Source: Callorhinchus milii (taxonomy: Eukaryota). Taken from it: DNA of 64,000 nucleotides. Shown here piece after piece: positions 13,412-26,696 of the stretch (its first letter is position 1; the number at the start of each line of letters is the position of its first letter). Location: positions 103,790,001 to 103,854,000 of the forward strand of contig NW_024704742.1 in assembly GCF_018977255.1 (NCBI RefSeq). The letters run 5' to 3'. The notes under the pieces are model-generated. The model was not told the DNA's origin and ran no database searches. It saw only the letters and a program-made list of their open reading frames with translations. Made by a program: the position numbers and the translations under genes.

Positions 13412-13848
13412 TCCAGGCTTGACTATGCCAACTCTCTGCTCGCCAGATTACCGATCTCTTCCCTCCACATGCTTCAGACCATTCAGAATTCTGCAGCTCG
13501 TATCCTTTCCACACAAGTTCTTCGAGCCTACAACCCTGGCTTCACCCAGCTTCAATGACTCCCCACCCCCCAGATTGAGTTCAAGATCCTCACCATCAGT
13601 CAGACTCTCAGCCCATCTGTCCCCATTCTCTGAAAGTCCATTCAGGTGTCCCTTCACCTCAACCTTCCCTCACCTCCTTCGCGGTCCATCTCAAGACCTT
13701 CCTCTTTGAGCGAGCCTTTGGTCTCCTTCCGCCCCACCCCAACCCCTCGGATCCCATCCCAGCTCGAGTGCAAACCCTTAACTGTCTAGTGCCTTGGGAC
13801 ATCCTCCCAATGTGTAAGGTGCCATATGATTGTAAATTTGTTGTTGTA
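13412..13848 (+). mobile_element. L2 3' fragment (type B tail)
   Basis: ccaggcttgactat...ttcaagatcctc...ccttgggacatcctcccaatgtgtaaggtgcc...ttgttgttg. Confidence 0.8.
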
Positions 13849-14029
13849 ATGCTGAGACATTTTTGTACCCAAAACCCTTGCTGAGAGGCACTAACACCCA
13901 CAGAGCAAGCAGAGCGAGGAAATTTGATCTGGCAGTTGGCACAACTCTTTCGGAAAATCTGACTTTTCACATCTTACCAAGATTTCCTAAAAACGGCAAT
14001 ATACCATGTTAATAATTACTTAATGGGAC

Positions 14030-14490
14030 AGTGCACAGTTAAAGAGGTAGGTTTTAAGGTGTGACAGATAGGGAGGGGGCAAGACCGCGAGATAGAGAGA
14101 GCGAGTTCCAAAGTTTAGGGGCATTGTAGTTGAAGGCTTGGCCACAGTCAATACTATGAAAGGAAGGGAGAGGCACAAGGAGCAAAAGCAAACAGCTTCT
14201 CTGCCAAGCAGAGAATGTGAGAAAAAGAGTAGGGTAGGAGATCAGAGAGATGGGTGATGTTGGCGTGTGAAAGGGATTTATAGGTGAGGGCCTTGAAACT
14301 GATCAGCTGGTAAATAGGGAGGCAATGGAGTTTGGTGAAGGCAGGAGTGATGGCCTATGGAGTTTGGTGCAGGTGAGGATATGGGTGGCAGACTTTTGGA
14401 TTAGGTAAAGCTTACAAATGGTGGAGCTTGGAAGACCAGCAAGGATTGTGTTGGAAGCGGGAAGTAATGAAGGTGCAAACAATTGTTTTG
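14030..14490 (-). mobile_element. Degenerate L2 3' fragment
   Basis: Purine-rich plus strand matching the reverse complement of the L2 ORF2 C-terminus (ccactgcct/atcagtttcaag/ctctgatctcct). Confidence 0.65.
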
Positions 14491-14885
14491 CTTCCAGTTA
14501 TACTGTCTATTGGAGCATTACACTGTATTTAAATAGTTTCCACAGGTAATTTAATGATAAGACACTTTTGCTCTCCCTCTCTTTGACAGCACCTATAATC
14601 ATCTCTTAGTTTTTTCCCCCTCCCTTGCTTGCCATCTGATCTCATCCTTGTAACGTGCTCCAAGACATTATCCTAAATGAAAGGCACTATATAAATGCAA
14701 GTTGTTATGAATTCTGAAACTGCTTATCAATTCAGATAACAATATCTTCCACAACATTTCTCCCAGGAAATAGTCTACCTTTTTAACTGCATAAATAAAC
14801 AAGAACAACAAATCACATTTGTATAGCGCCTTTCATATATCCCAAGGTGTTGGGACGAATAAAGTAGTTTACTGTTGGTGCTTAC

Positions 14886-15092
14886 TTTAGCTGGTTTGTC
14901 TTTTCCTCCACTACTAGTTGAGCTGAGAGACCGCATACGTTGCTCTTTTTGCTCTTCTACTTCTGATTTCAGGTGTTCAATGTGCACAAGGTAAGCTTGT
15001 TCTTGGGCTTCTCGAGTACTCAGCTTTAGCTCAAGCGCTTTCTTCTCTTTCTCCATCAGATAAAGTTGGGCCTTCAGTTCAGCCATTTCCTC
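14886..15092 (-). CDS. MCC: MCC coding exon
   Basis: caaag|GAGGAAATG...GCTAAA|gtaagc; 207 nt, phase 0/0; EEMAELKAQLYLMEKEKKALELKLSTREAQEQAYLVHIEHLKSEVEEQKEQRMRSLSSTSSGGKDKPAK. Confidence 0.97.
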
Positions 15093-15529
15093 CTTTGAAT
15101 GGCAGTAATAAAATGTACATTGTAAATGTTACGTACATTTTTAATATTGAATAGCTTAACAATTTCCTCAAAGAAAATCAATTTGAACTTCAAAGGCCAA
15201 GAGAACCTCAATTTGAATAAAGAAATGCGATACAGAAAGAATGAGCCTTAAATTGAGAAAGGATATGAAATGCTTTCTTTTGATATCCATGTAAGAATTC
15301 CCTAAATTACTTGATATAAAAAGAACTATCAAATAAATTGCAATCAAACATTAAAAGTAGTTTTCATAGATTAATAACTCCTCTCCAAATAATAAGTAAA
15401 TCTAATCATGATAGTGATCTTCTGATGAATAAATAAGTAAACCTAATGATGATAGTGACCTTTATGTTTTGAGTTTGTTCCATAGATCAATCAATATTAA
15501 AGAATACCTCAATGTACTTTTTACCAAGG

Positions 15530-15756
15530 TTCACTGGAGAGATTTTCTTTTGGTTTACCAGATTTCTGACATACAAGGAAACCCATCACAATGCTCAGCA
15601 GTATCCAATTCAAATATTAAGAATTCCACAATATGCATTGAAATTTGCATTTGTCTGGAATAGAGTGAGAACTCTCTCCACAGCGATGTGTCCTGTTCAC
15701 CAAATTGCAGAAACATTAGATGCTAGTTGGAAAGAGCCAAGGCTTGGGAACCCCAA
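15530..15756 (+). mobile_element. hAT-like element, second copy
   Basis: ggaaacccatcacaatg...ccaaggcttgggaacccc. Confidence 0.45.
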
Positions 15757-16064
15757 GTGGGTAGAATCCATGCTTTCAGATTTTTACAGTATACCCTGTG
15801 AACAAGCTTTGAGATGTCCTCCTGACGTGAAAGGTGTGCTACCAAAAACAATAATTATTAGTATCATTAAGTCCTGCTGATGAGCCAGGCGGGCTGATCG
15901 GTTAACAGACCTCTCTGGCTCCTGAACCAGACTTCCAAGACCACTGAAAAGAATCGATATTCCATTGACAGTCATGTCACCTTGGAGCTCAAGAAGATCT
16001 TGCTTACTTTCTCCCATGTTGGATCGTAACTGGTTAGTGAGTAGACATTTGACAAATGTGCTTT

Positions 16065-16400
16065 TCACTATGAAGTGTATAAAATTTTAAATGAGATTGA
16101 AAAAGTAAACGAGGATCACTACTCTAGAATGCTGCAAGATGGATGAACAAGAGGAGCCTAGGTTTAGAGTTGTAAAGCGCAATTTCAGGACAGGTACCAG
16201 AAAGGTTTTCTTTATGCAGATTGTAATCAATGATTGGAGTAGGTTGCCAGGAAAGGTGGTAGAAGTCAGGACACTGGACTCATTTAAAAAGCAGCTTGAT
16301 GCTGCGATAGGGAGGGGGCGACAGTAGGTTGGGTGTTCTGGAAAGATAAGAAAATATGGGCCAAAGGACCCTCTTCACCCAGAGCAACATTGTGATCCTG
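16065..16400 (+). mobile_element. CR1 LINE 3' fragment
   Basis: RKVFFMQIVINDWSRLPGKVVEVRTLDSFKKQLD, typical CR1 ORF2 C-terminus. Confidence 0.85.
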
Positions 16401-16764
16401 CATAGTTGGATAGCAAGTATTTTGCTGCTTCATTGCTAAGCAGTGCAATACAGCATGGAATGTACTGCCACCACCCCCCCTTACCCACAGCCTAGACACA
16501 GGCCAACCCAATGAGCATTAGTTCTACTAGTTAAAAGTTTCGACCTTTTAACAGTAATTTAGTAAGTACCAAGCCCTGGCTGCACGAGCTTCAGTTAACA
16601 AAACTTCAGTTTCCTCAACAGATATTCAAGGACATCTGCCTTCAATGTGGCAGAAGAACTTCTACAGGACAACTTGTGATGTGCCAACCACCTTGATACT
16701 CCTCTAGAGGTCTAAGTTCAAAGCCATGTACCATGTTTACTCAACATACAACTGCTTAATCCAA

Positions 16765-17172
16765 ACTCCATTGGCTCCACATCACCGAATGGATCGACTT
16801 CAAGATCCTCACATTCATGTTCAAATCCCTTCACACTCTGGCACCTCCCTACCTCTCCGACCTCCTCACTCCCCAATCCACCACCCAGCACCTCCGCTCG
16901 ACTGGCACCGGCCTCCTGCTTGTCTCTGGTGCCCTCCACTCCACCATTGGAGGTCGCACATTCAGCCACTACGCCCCAAAACTCTGGAACACTCTCCCTC
17001 AATCCTTCCGCCTTGCTCCCTCTTCCCTTTAACAAGTTCCGCCTGAAAACCTTCCTTTTTGACTGTGGTTACTGTCACCTCCCGCCCCAGCTCGGAGTCA
17101 GGTTCCACCACTGTTAAGCGCTCTGAGACGCTACCCTGCGCAGAGGGCGCTATATAACAAGTTGTTGTTGTT
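16765..17172 (+). mobile_element. L2 3' fragment (type A tail)
   Basis: FKSLHTLAPPYLSDLL...GGRTFSHYAPKLWNTLP; tail gagggcgctatataacaagttgttgttg. Confidence 0.92.
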
Positions 17173-17977
17173 AATCCACATCCTCATGTGAGGGGAATCA
17201 GACTATTTCCGTGAGCTACTAACCAACAGACCAGTATTGGCTAGATCTCTTTCTCCCATTAGTCACAGCCACTTTTTATCATAAATCCTACTAACATCTG
17301 ACTGGATAGAGATTTAGAGCAGTATCAGAGTTGAATTTCCTCTTCCCTAGCCCAGGCCCAATTCTTCTGGCTGAGAACAGCAAACTGGGCAGAGATTAGG
17401 ATTCAAACCTTGAGATATATTGGTTGATGTTGGTCCTTACCCATCCGGGGAATCCACAATCTGCCTTTGACTGTTTAATCTTACAGAAGATTTTTTTTTA
17501 AGTTTTTAAAATTGGCTTTGATAATTTCACCATCTCGAAAATATATTACAGCATTGAAATCATTTACATTTTGCAAAATTTCTACCACTGCCCAGAGGGT
17601 AAAATAACGTTGGTCATGAAGCAATAACTACAGTATGTTCAATTGCAACACAGTTAAGATTATAACAATAATGTATCACATCCTATTAAAATTTTATGCT
17701 CTTTATTCTTCGTGTCAGCTATTTAGATACTGGGATACAAATTATTTTAGACAAAATAGAAATAAACATAAAGGAAGGTTACCACCTTCTTCCCTTGACA
17801 ATACCCTCTGGATTACCCTTTGTGGAATGCCCTTTAGTATCCTTGTAGTAGATGCATTTAGTCTGTCAGGCAGTCAAGCACTGCAAACACAACTGCCGAC
17901 AAAGCACATTTCTCCAGAGGTGATGTTAATTAAGGTAATTTCCTCGAACTTGAGTATACCGATCCTTATAACTAGAA

Positions 17978-18178
17978 TAACAACAACAACTTGGATTTAT
18001 ATAGCGCCCTCCACGCCGGATGGCATCTCAGAGTGCTTCACAGTAACGGGTCCCGTGGCTGAGCCAGGGGGAAGCTCGAGGAAGGTGACCAAAGGTGCGG
18101 TCGAAAAGAAGGGTCTTCAGCCGAGACCTGAAAATAGGAAGAGAGGGGGCAAGGCGAAGGGAGGGAGGGAGGGAGTTT
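17978..18178 (-). mobile_element. L2 3' tail (type C)
   Basis: Minus strand gcactctgagatgccatccggcgtggagggcgctatataaatccaagttgttg. Confidence 0.75.
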
Positions 18179-18429
18179 ACTCCTTTCATTAAATATCATA
18201 TTTAAATATTAACTTGACTCCACCTATGCTCGGTTGGTTCAATTGGAACACTACAATTTGCTCCACAAATCTGGGCTAGTTAAGGGAAGAAAAAAATCAA
18301 GCCAGGGTTCCTGATTGCTATCCAATAACAACCCCATGTTTCACTTTGGTAGGAAGAATTAAGATGTTCACCATACTCCAGACGGTAGGAATTTAAGAGA
18401 GGTAAAGGATCAAATGTCTCTTATGATTT

Positions 18430-18990
18430 AGATTCACAAGACTATAAACGTAGCAATGTGGGTGGACAAGGCCATGAATATGCAAATAGAGTCCTTAGTT
18501 TTATGTCCAGCTGATAGTAAAAAAGTAGATAAATAAGGATACTGTTGCATTGGAGAGCGCAGCACAGATTTGCTAGAATGTTACCAGGGATGAGAGGATA
18601 CAGTTATCAAAAAAAATTGCACAAGTTGGAACTTTTCTCTCTGGATTCCATTGAGAGGGGACAAGATAAAGGTGGTTAAAATTACAATGTGGACAGTAGT
18701 AGTCTGAGTACAAAACAGGGGGGTATAAACATAAGATAGCCAGTGGCCGACCTAAAATAGTTTAGTAGTTTGCTTCTTTACACTCGGTGGTGAGAATGTG
18801 GAACTCATTGCTGGAAGCTGTGGTTGAAGTAAAAAGCAAAACATATTTAAAAGTAAACTTACATGAGGGAGAAGGGGTATATGAGAGTAGATTAGGAAGG
18901 TTGGAGGCTCATGTGAAGTACAAACAACAGTAAGGATTGAATGGCCTGTTTCTGTGCTGTAACCTTCTCTGTAATTTTAATGTAATTTCA
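18430..18990 (+). mobile_element. Degenerate CR1 3' fragment
   Basis: gcattggagag...agatttgctagaatgttaccagggatgag...gtggtgagaatgtggaactcattg...gaatggcctgtttctgtgctgta. Confidence 0.8.
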
Positions 18991-19243
18991 ATAGAATTCT
19001 AAATACAATTGGTTGAAAACATGGCAGATTACTGATTTACATCAGCTGGGTATCACTTTGCACAAATCACATTGTCAAGTCACAGATATCAAAACTGTAT
19101 CTACTCAAGTTACACCAGCAGAGACTATTGCTCACTAGTAACTAGCATTGGGAAAACAGTGCCTGTTCAGGTGGATGTTAAAAGATCCATGACACTATTC
19201 AAAAAGATAATTACAATCTGAAAAATTAAATTCTCCAGCTCAC

Positions 19244-19478
19244 CTTCATAGCCATGAGCTCTTGCATTAGAACCGCATTCTCCAGATCAAGTCGCTGACT
19301 GTCGCCCCGAGGCTTAACATCATAACTTAGTGGGTCAATGTGAATGCTTTCCAGTTCTAACATGGTTAGCTTGACTGCTGCTCTGTCATTCTTGAGCTGC
19401 TGAACATAATCCTTCAATCTCTGCTCATCTTCTTTTGTAAATTCAGTATCGCAGCTGCTGGCAGTTGAGCTTGTGGTG
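19244..19478 (-). CDS. MCC: MCC coding exon
   Basis: gtag|CACCACA...ATGAAG|gtgagc; 235 nt, phase 2/0; TTSSTASSCDTEFTKEDEQRLKDYVQQLKNDRAAVKLTMLELESIHIDPLSYDVKPRGDSQRLDLENAVLMQELMAMK. Confidence 0.97.
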
Positions 19479-19601
19479 CTACAAAGACACCAAATTACAA
19501 CCAGAATTGATCATGCATGTGTTAAATATTTGTACTTAATTATGATCACATATCAAATGCAAGAATCAATAATAACACCCTCATATCTCAAGTACAAAGT
19601 C

Positions 19602-19976
19602 ATGGAGTCCTGTAGCTCAGTGGTTCGAGCCCTCGCCTCCAAGCGAAAGGACCTGGGTTTGATTTCCTGGCAGGGCAAAACGTTAGGCAAGTTTCCTTAC
19701 TCCACACGTTTCTGTTTACCTAACAGTAAACAGGAACCCGATTGTTAGTCGGATTGGCAAATCGCTTTCTGGGGGGAATGATACCTTCAAAAAGAAATGT
19801 GGTCACTCAACCCACAACTGTTGGTGGGACACTGATATGCGCAATGGCTGCCGCATTTTGCCCACAAAATACACGATCACCTTGCTTTACAGTATATCCT
19901 GCGAAGTGCTTTGAGATGTCTAGAAGATGTGATAAGGAGCTTTATCAAATGCAAGGATTAGTTTTATTATCATTAT
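19602..19976 (+). mobile_element. Full-length tRNA-derived SINE (long form)
   Basis: A box tagctcagtgg, B box ggtttgatttcc, L2-like tail and (TTA)n; resembles elephant shark SINE2-type elements from recall. Confidence 0.9.
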
Positions 19977-20274
19977 AAAACATCCCTACTTAGCAAAACT
20001 AAATAGTATTAAATAATATATAGTATTGCTCATCTATCTTAGTATGGGATGAGGGAGGGTCAAAGTCAAGTAACTTTGTTTCTTGCCTGGGCATTTCAGA
20101 CATTTTTCCTCCTCTATCTTGGAGTGTAGGTGGAGACTGTTTCTGCAGGAGACACAATTCAAGTAGCTTTCCTGTTATGTACAATGTTCCATCTAATTAC
20201 CCAGCTCAGAAACAGTAAGGTAATATTTTCATCACGAGTTAATTGTTCCACTGCTTGAACTACAGGGTACCCCC

Positions 20275-20738
20275 GGATCAACGTCAAGATCCTCACAATC
20301 GTGTTCAAATCCATTCCCTCTCTGGCACCTCCCTACCTCTCCGACCTCCTCACTCCCCAATCCGGCGCCTCCGCTCGACTGACACTGGCCTCCTGCTCAT
20401 CACTCACACCCTCCCCTCTACCATTGGAGGTCGCGCATTCAGCCACTACACCCCGAAACTCTGGAACACTCTCCCTCAATCCCTCCGCCTTAGCCCCTCT
20501 CTCTCCTTTTTCAAATCCCGCCTGAAAATCTTTTTTGACCGTGCTTACGGTCACCTCCCCCAGCACGGAGTCAGGCTCCGCCACTGTTAAGAGCTCTGAA
20601 TCGCTACCCTGCATGCAGGGCACTATATCATGACCCAACTGTGCAGCGCCTTGGGACGTCCTCCTGACGTGAAAGGCGCTTTATAAATGGAATCTTGTTG
20701 TTGTTGTTGTATATAAGTGCAAGTTGTTGTTGGTGTTG
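20275..20738 (+). mobile_element. L2 3' fragment (type A) with nested type B stub at 20629-20709
   Basis: APPYLSDLL...GGRAFSHYTPKLWNTLP; nested stub flanked by TATAT duplication. Confidence 0.9.
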
Positions 20739-20813
20739 AGATATTAAAATAATTATTTCTGAGCAAATCAGATGTTATCTATAATCACCTGGATTTCTAA
20801 TATTGTTTAGCAT

Positions 20814-21157
20814 ATAATAATAACCCTTGGATTTGATATCCGGCCTTATCACATCGTTGAAACATCTCTAAGACTTCATAGAATATACTGTAAAGTGGGT
20901 ATGACTGTATATTTGAGGATGAAACGCAGTAGCCAACTGCACACAGTTGTGGATTGAGTGACCAAATTATTATTATTTTGTTTAAGGGATTATTACCTCA
21001 ATTATTACAATCGATTAACAACCAGGTTCCTATTTATTGCTAGGTAAACAGAGGCATGTAGAGTAAGGAAACCTGCTTAAGGTTTTGCCCGGGAATCAAA
21101 CCCAAGGCCTCTCGCTTGTGAGGCAAGTCCTCTAACCAATACACTACAGGATTCCAC
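20814..21157 (-). mobile_element. tRNA-derived SINE (long form)
   Basis: Reverse complement of gtggaatcctgtagtgtattggttagagg...ggtttgattccc...L2-like tail. Confidence 0.88.
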
Positions 21158-21486
21158 GAATATACATATTAACAATGTTTTACAAATACTGTACATTTCT
21201 AAATTTTGTAAAAGCTTGTAAATATCTTCAGTAATCAAAGGGTTAAGCAACTGAATTTTTTCTGATCCAATTATTAGAACAATTTCACTAGACACAAATG
21301 CCAATTTATAAGTATAAACATTGCAATCCAAAGGCATAAATACCATTACCATTAAAACAGCATTCAAAGCTCATTGTGTATAATTCCGTTGTGAATCTCG
21401 TTCCAGGACTCTTCAGGATTTTGTTCATTTGTAAGTGTTCTATGCATGCACCCTTATTGAAAAAACAGTCAAAGCAATGCATGATA

Positions 21487-21736
21487 AATTCCCGGCAGGG
21501 CGAAACCTTGGGCAAGTTTCCTTACTCCACACGCCTAATAATAATCCCTCCAAAAAAAACAATAATAAATTGGTCATTTTCAATCCATGGTTGTGGGACA
21601 CTGCTGTGCGCAATTGGCTGCCGCGTTTCGCCCACAAATACATGGTCAATTCACTTTACAGTATATTCTGTGAAGGGCTTTGAGACGTTGAGAAGACGTG
21701 AAAAAGCGCTATATCAAATGCAAAGATTATTATTAT
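21487..21736 (+). mobile_element. tRNA-derived SINE (short form, 5'-truncated)
   Basis: attcccggcagggcgaaaccttgggcaagtttccttactccacacgcctaataataatccc...gcgctatatcaaatgcaaagattattatt. Confidence 0.9.
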
Positions 21737-22844
21737 GAATCTTTGGTAAAATTATTTATTTGGGTAAAAATAATACTTCAAGCTAGGTTCTACATATAAG
21801 AATTCAGAACATGTTTTGAAGGCTGTTTTTTCTGCCACCTAAAGTTGAATAATATATTTTCACCACCATTTAATATTTATAAGCATTGCAGCGATTTATA
21901 ATTGGTAGAAATGTTACAGACCTTGAAAGCTGAAATCTATATAATATGTGTGACATTATTAAATGTACCAGGATGATAAAACTTTAGATGAGTCACGTTC
22001 AGGGGCAGATAAATGAATATTAGAAATTGTCTAATAAATTAGAACTGTGGAAGCAAACTGACTTTTGATAGACTTCATGAAAAAATGTTAAAGGTTAAGA
22101 GATTGTGTTGAATAATATAAAATGCTTTCTAAGTTGCATACAGGCGTACTGTAATTGTTCATAGTTCAGGGGCAATGCATTTACCAAGTGGAATGTTATA
22201 CCCATTTTTAAAGCTCTGAAATTGCAGCTGCAACCTCATTCTTGGAAGAAAACCCAGTGACATTTAAGGGTGACACTCCATAAACTCAAAGCACTCTCAT
22301 CAAATCAAGCCTTGTGCTGTGCACTCATGATATGAAAATTATAACATGCTGCAAATATTCAATCTTCTCGTGATCCTTAGCAGCCATCAAAAAAAGTGAT
22401 TATGAGTCAATTCCATGCACTGAATTTCAACCTTTCTTCTGAGATATCATGTTTATGACAACTAGAATCATATTACATCCTAACAAACAAGCAGAAGCTT
22501 AAAACTGGTGCTGAAAAACAATATGTAATTACCTTAAATGAAAAGGGAAGTCTAAGGATGTACTTTCATATTCATATTACTGACGCTGCCCATACACGGA
22601 AGAAAAATATTTCCGTTTAATCGAATAGCATCTAGAATGAAATTCTTCAGTACCTAGAACCAACCAGTGTCTTCTGCTACTAAGCCTTTCTTCCAGTGGC
22701 ATATATTAGGGGTGCCATGCATCTCAATTAATTTCATCTTTAGGAGGGAACACTGTTTCGCCAGCATGGAGTCCAATCGAGACATGTCTTGACCTTCGGA
22801 AAGCACGGTACTGTCTGAGAATTGTTCTATACACAAACCAGAAA

Positions 22845-23045
22845 GCTGTAGGTTCTAATCCTAGTCTGTGATGTTAACCATCTCTGCCAATCTATAGCAG
22901 TGAGTGTACTACATCAGCACACACACTTCAGGGCCCGGGAACCAAAATTAGGAAGGATTCCTCAATTGCTATCCAACAAACCCTGCTGAAAGATGCATGT
23001 GTGCAGCTATTGACAAAGACAGAATCAGGTTAGGCTGTGATGTCC
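22845..23045 (+). mobile_element. Ancient SINE-like repeat (unclassified)
   Basis: Motifs agtctgtg..gttagctgatctcag / ttgctatcca / gacagaatcagg recur near 17170-17460 (-), 18220-18340, 30890-31200, 51040-51200 (-) and 54420-54640 (-). Confidence 0.5.
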
Positions 23046-23611
23046 AAATGTACCTGTTTCAGCTACTGATTAAGATTTTGTAAATAAATATTTCATGGTG
23101 TCTGTCTCAAACATGCCCTTCACAATCCTGATCTTGTGCACCACATTCTACTACTCTGTTGTTCTTGTTTATTTGTTAATGCTGAAAGAAAGTTAATTTC
23201 ATGCATATATCTTGGGAGAAAAATGAAAATCTTGTGGTTCAGTTTATATGACATTGAACTCTAAGAAGGTGAGATCAATGGCAGCCATGTGACACCTGAG
23301 AGAAAATGTGACAACAATAAGGAGGAGGCAATATGTAGGTATTAGATTGGAAACATTTAAGATAAACAAAACATAAAGCACTTGATGTTGTTCCAAGTTA
23401 AATTCAGAAAAATAGTAACTTATACGAGTTTGGTTTTCATACTTTCTTCTTTAATATTAGATAGAAGATTCATTTAAAAAAAGACAAACACACGATCAAT
23501 GTGCCACTTGGACCACCCCTACCATCTTCAAGATTCACAGTTAATCAACAGGTTGGAAATTGATCTTTTGGGTCTGAACTGACTCAATATAACCAATAAC
23601 AGAGAACCTAC

Positions 23612-23795
23612 CTGGTGTGACTGTGTGAAGACAGACTTTCCCAAGGTTGTACAATACATCCCGTTACAGTACATGCACCACCACAACTACCATCGAGTTT
23701 CATTAATAGTGCTTTTGCAGCATTCTCTGCAGTTTTCCTGCAGTCATGTGCCCGCTTTAACATCAATGTTATGTTTTCCTCACCATTTTCATCAC
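23612..23795 (-). CDS. MCC: MCC coding exon
   Basis: ctag|GTGATG...ACCAG|gtaggt; 184 nt, phase 1/2; GDENGEENITLMLKRAHDCRKTAENAAKALLMKLDGSCGGACTVTGCIVQPWESLSSHSHT. Confidence 0.96.
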
Positions 23796-24399
23796 CTAGA
23801 TAGTAGAGATAAAGTTTGGATTTGTTGAAGGCAATACAGAGGAACAATTACACAAGAACACAGAAATCTTATTTTCAGTTCAATTCAATAAAACATCAAG
23901 TAAGATAATTAATTAAACAAAATAAAATGTAGATTCAAGCATGCTTTACCAAAATAAACTAGAAGCTAGAAATGAAACATTCTGGTTTTAAATATCACTG
24001 CAACTCCAATTTTAACTACATGTAACTCCTAAACTTAATGTTGGAGTGGTGGGGGGGAGGGAGCAAGGAAGGAGAATGAGATAATGAAGTGCATAGCACA
24101 TTGGAGCCTCAATGTCATCCGCTAGACTGAAAGAATGCAAATCTGCACAGGGCCATCTCTCCCCCTCCCACCACCCTACCCAACCAGCCATACTAAAATC
24201 AGAGGGTATGTTACCCAGGCTGTTGTTACCAATCTCCCAGTGGCGAGCTTCAAAGCCAAATTGGCAGAGGCCCAGAATAAATTACTGGCGCTTTTAATTA
24301 GCGATGGTAGGTGGTACATGATCTTATATTAATTTCCTCAAGCCACTGCACCACCCGAGGAAAGGTTTTGCTAAGTTAGTCATTTGGTAAATTAAGCTA

Positions 24400-24990
24400 A
24401 GCAAAACTCCAGACCACCTATTTAGTCCAATAACACCCTTCCAAGGTCCCAGCAGCTCAGGAATCATGTTACAACTATATTTGATTATTGCTATGACTGC
24501 TTTATTCATATAATCCTCAATCATATTCCTAATTACATAACGATCCATCTCTTTCTTAGAGTTGTCAATCAACCCAGTATTCATTTCTTTAGCTGGCTGT
24601 CTATTTCACACATTCATCACTCTGGGAGAAAAAAAATTCCTGATCATCAATTCGTTGCTTGTGACCTCCAGTTATGTGTTCAGAATCCAAATGAAATAAT
24701 CTGCTTCATCTACTTTATCAATTGCTCTCAGCATTTCAAACCCCAATCAGGTTGCTCTCAATCCTCTTTTCACCAACTTAAAAAAAACATTCCTATAAAT
24801 TCATTTCTGAGCCTTCCTTCATAAGATCTGAGCGCTGGTCAATAAATCATCCTGGTCAATTTCAACCCTCTCAGATATAAATATCCTTTTGAAGATGGAA
24901 TGGTTGGAACTACACATATTTGAAATGTGGTCTCACTGTGATCTAAACAAGATGATATAGGTGTTTTCAATTTCAGATAGATATATGTCC
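24400..24990 (-). mobile_element. Degenerate CR1 3' fragment
   Basis: Minus strand KKEMDRY-like end, ccagagtgatgaatgtgtgaaatagac, aaattgaccaggatgatt. Confidence 0.65.
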
Positions 24991-26696
24991 TGAAATATCC
25001 TGTAAGTAAAATTTTTCGCACTGACTGGATATATCCAAAGAAAGTCACTAATCACACCCAAATTATTATTATTATTAATAACTACAAGAATAAAAATAAT
25101 AATCCTTGCATTTGGTACAGGCCTTTCACATCGGGAGGATGTCCCAAAATGGTTCAACTGATTTATTATGAAGTACCATGTCAAATACTGTGTATTTGTG
25201 TGCTTTCACGTGATTACTAATGTATTTCAGACTGTATTGTCTGAACGCTCCGTGTTTAAGGTTTATGCATACCCTTACATCTACCTATCTATATTAAATT
25301 CTATCCACCATTCCTTAATCCATCAGTCACTTTCGATGCTAAACTATGCATCCTGACCCATCACCTAAGTTCACTAGTTTAGGAACAGTCAATGGGTATA
25401 CTTGTGACCCCATTTCTTCTTTGAACACCCACGTTTACACTTATCCTTTTATTAAAAAATAAATGGGGCTAACCTTTATAATTCTCCAATCAAGTACAGT
25501 TCACTTATGAGAATCTAAAATGTAAATTCCTTTCTCATTTCCTTAAGGAAGCAAGGTGCACGTCACCAGGTTCACGAATCCTATGCGCATTTAATTCTGA
25601 GTTTCTTTTTAACAATGCATAAAGCGTAAGCAACAGTGACAGGATTCATAAAGCCGGTTTCTAAATCTGGTTTGCCTTTTGTCAGGGATTAGTAATTATA
25701 GTATAGAATAACAAGCAATTTGCTTTATTTAATCTAATTTAATATAAAAATATGTAATGTTATGAATGAGTCCAGAATGTTTTCTTGACTTAAGTACAGA
25801 TTTCATTGATTAAACTGCTAGGCAACAGTGCACAAACTGCTATCCAAAACCACACCATTGAATTAAATGTCATGTATCAGTTTTATTCCAGTATATCTGA
25901 TATCTGGCTTATTTCCACGAAATCTAGTTTGTAAAATTAAATTTAGTTTTAAATATCCTTCATTTACAGTACATTGTCAGGATTCCTAGTTTAGAAGCTT
26001 TGATGTCAAGGAGTCCTAACATATTGAATACAATAATGAAACATTCTAATTTCCATGTGCCAATAAAGTCTGAATAAAGAATCTGCAAAAGTGAGAATAA
26101 TAATATTGTTGACTGCCAGTAGTGTAGAAGCAAAATAATTCATCACTAGTTAAATTCATAGCAAGAGTTAGATTTAATATGTCCAACCTGAACTGGTTTA
26201 CACACTGAAGCAACGACAGTATTTTAATCAGCCACAGATGACCTACAGTAAATAGACAGAATATCCATATTGCAACTGGACTAGAACTTTGTAATTTATA
26301 ACCAAATGATATTACATTTGTTTCTGTCCTATTTAATGAATATGTATGTGCCAAGGTTAGAATCAGATGTTCAATGAGGCAAATTCATGGAGAGATGTTC
26401 ACAATAAAGCAATTAGTTACCATGATGGGATAAGGCAATTTTATAACCAACCACCTTCACTACCAGTAACCCAAGTATGAGGAGGAGAATTGAATGATGG
26501 TTCAGAATAGGGCTTCATCCAATGCTGCTAATGCTGAACGAGCGTGTGGCTTGGTGAACATACAGTGCTATTAGATGCAAGATAGGATCGAAGATGGGCA
26601 GTGGTGAGTGGACATACCCAGTATAACCCAAGGGAAAACCCTCAATCTGTGCATCATGTCTAATGAATATGCATGTGCTAATGTTAAAATCAAAGT

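Noticed and set aside
17635..18192. 185-aa plus-strand ORF, and other long ORFs such as 54835..55560 and 44220..44735
   Set aside because: Chance read-through across AT-rich intron and antisense L2 sequence
19602..19675. tRNA gene (also ~28770-28842 and ~58680-58752)
   Set aside because: A/B boxes run straight into SINE body and tail; these are SINE heads
22654..22826. Exon-like segment (tatag|AAC...TAG|gtactg; ORF 22654..22836)
   Set aside because: Weak donor, 173 nt, and a stop in the MCC frame; no similarity I recognise. A poison exon cannot be excluded but is unsupported
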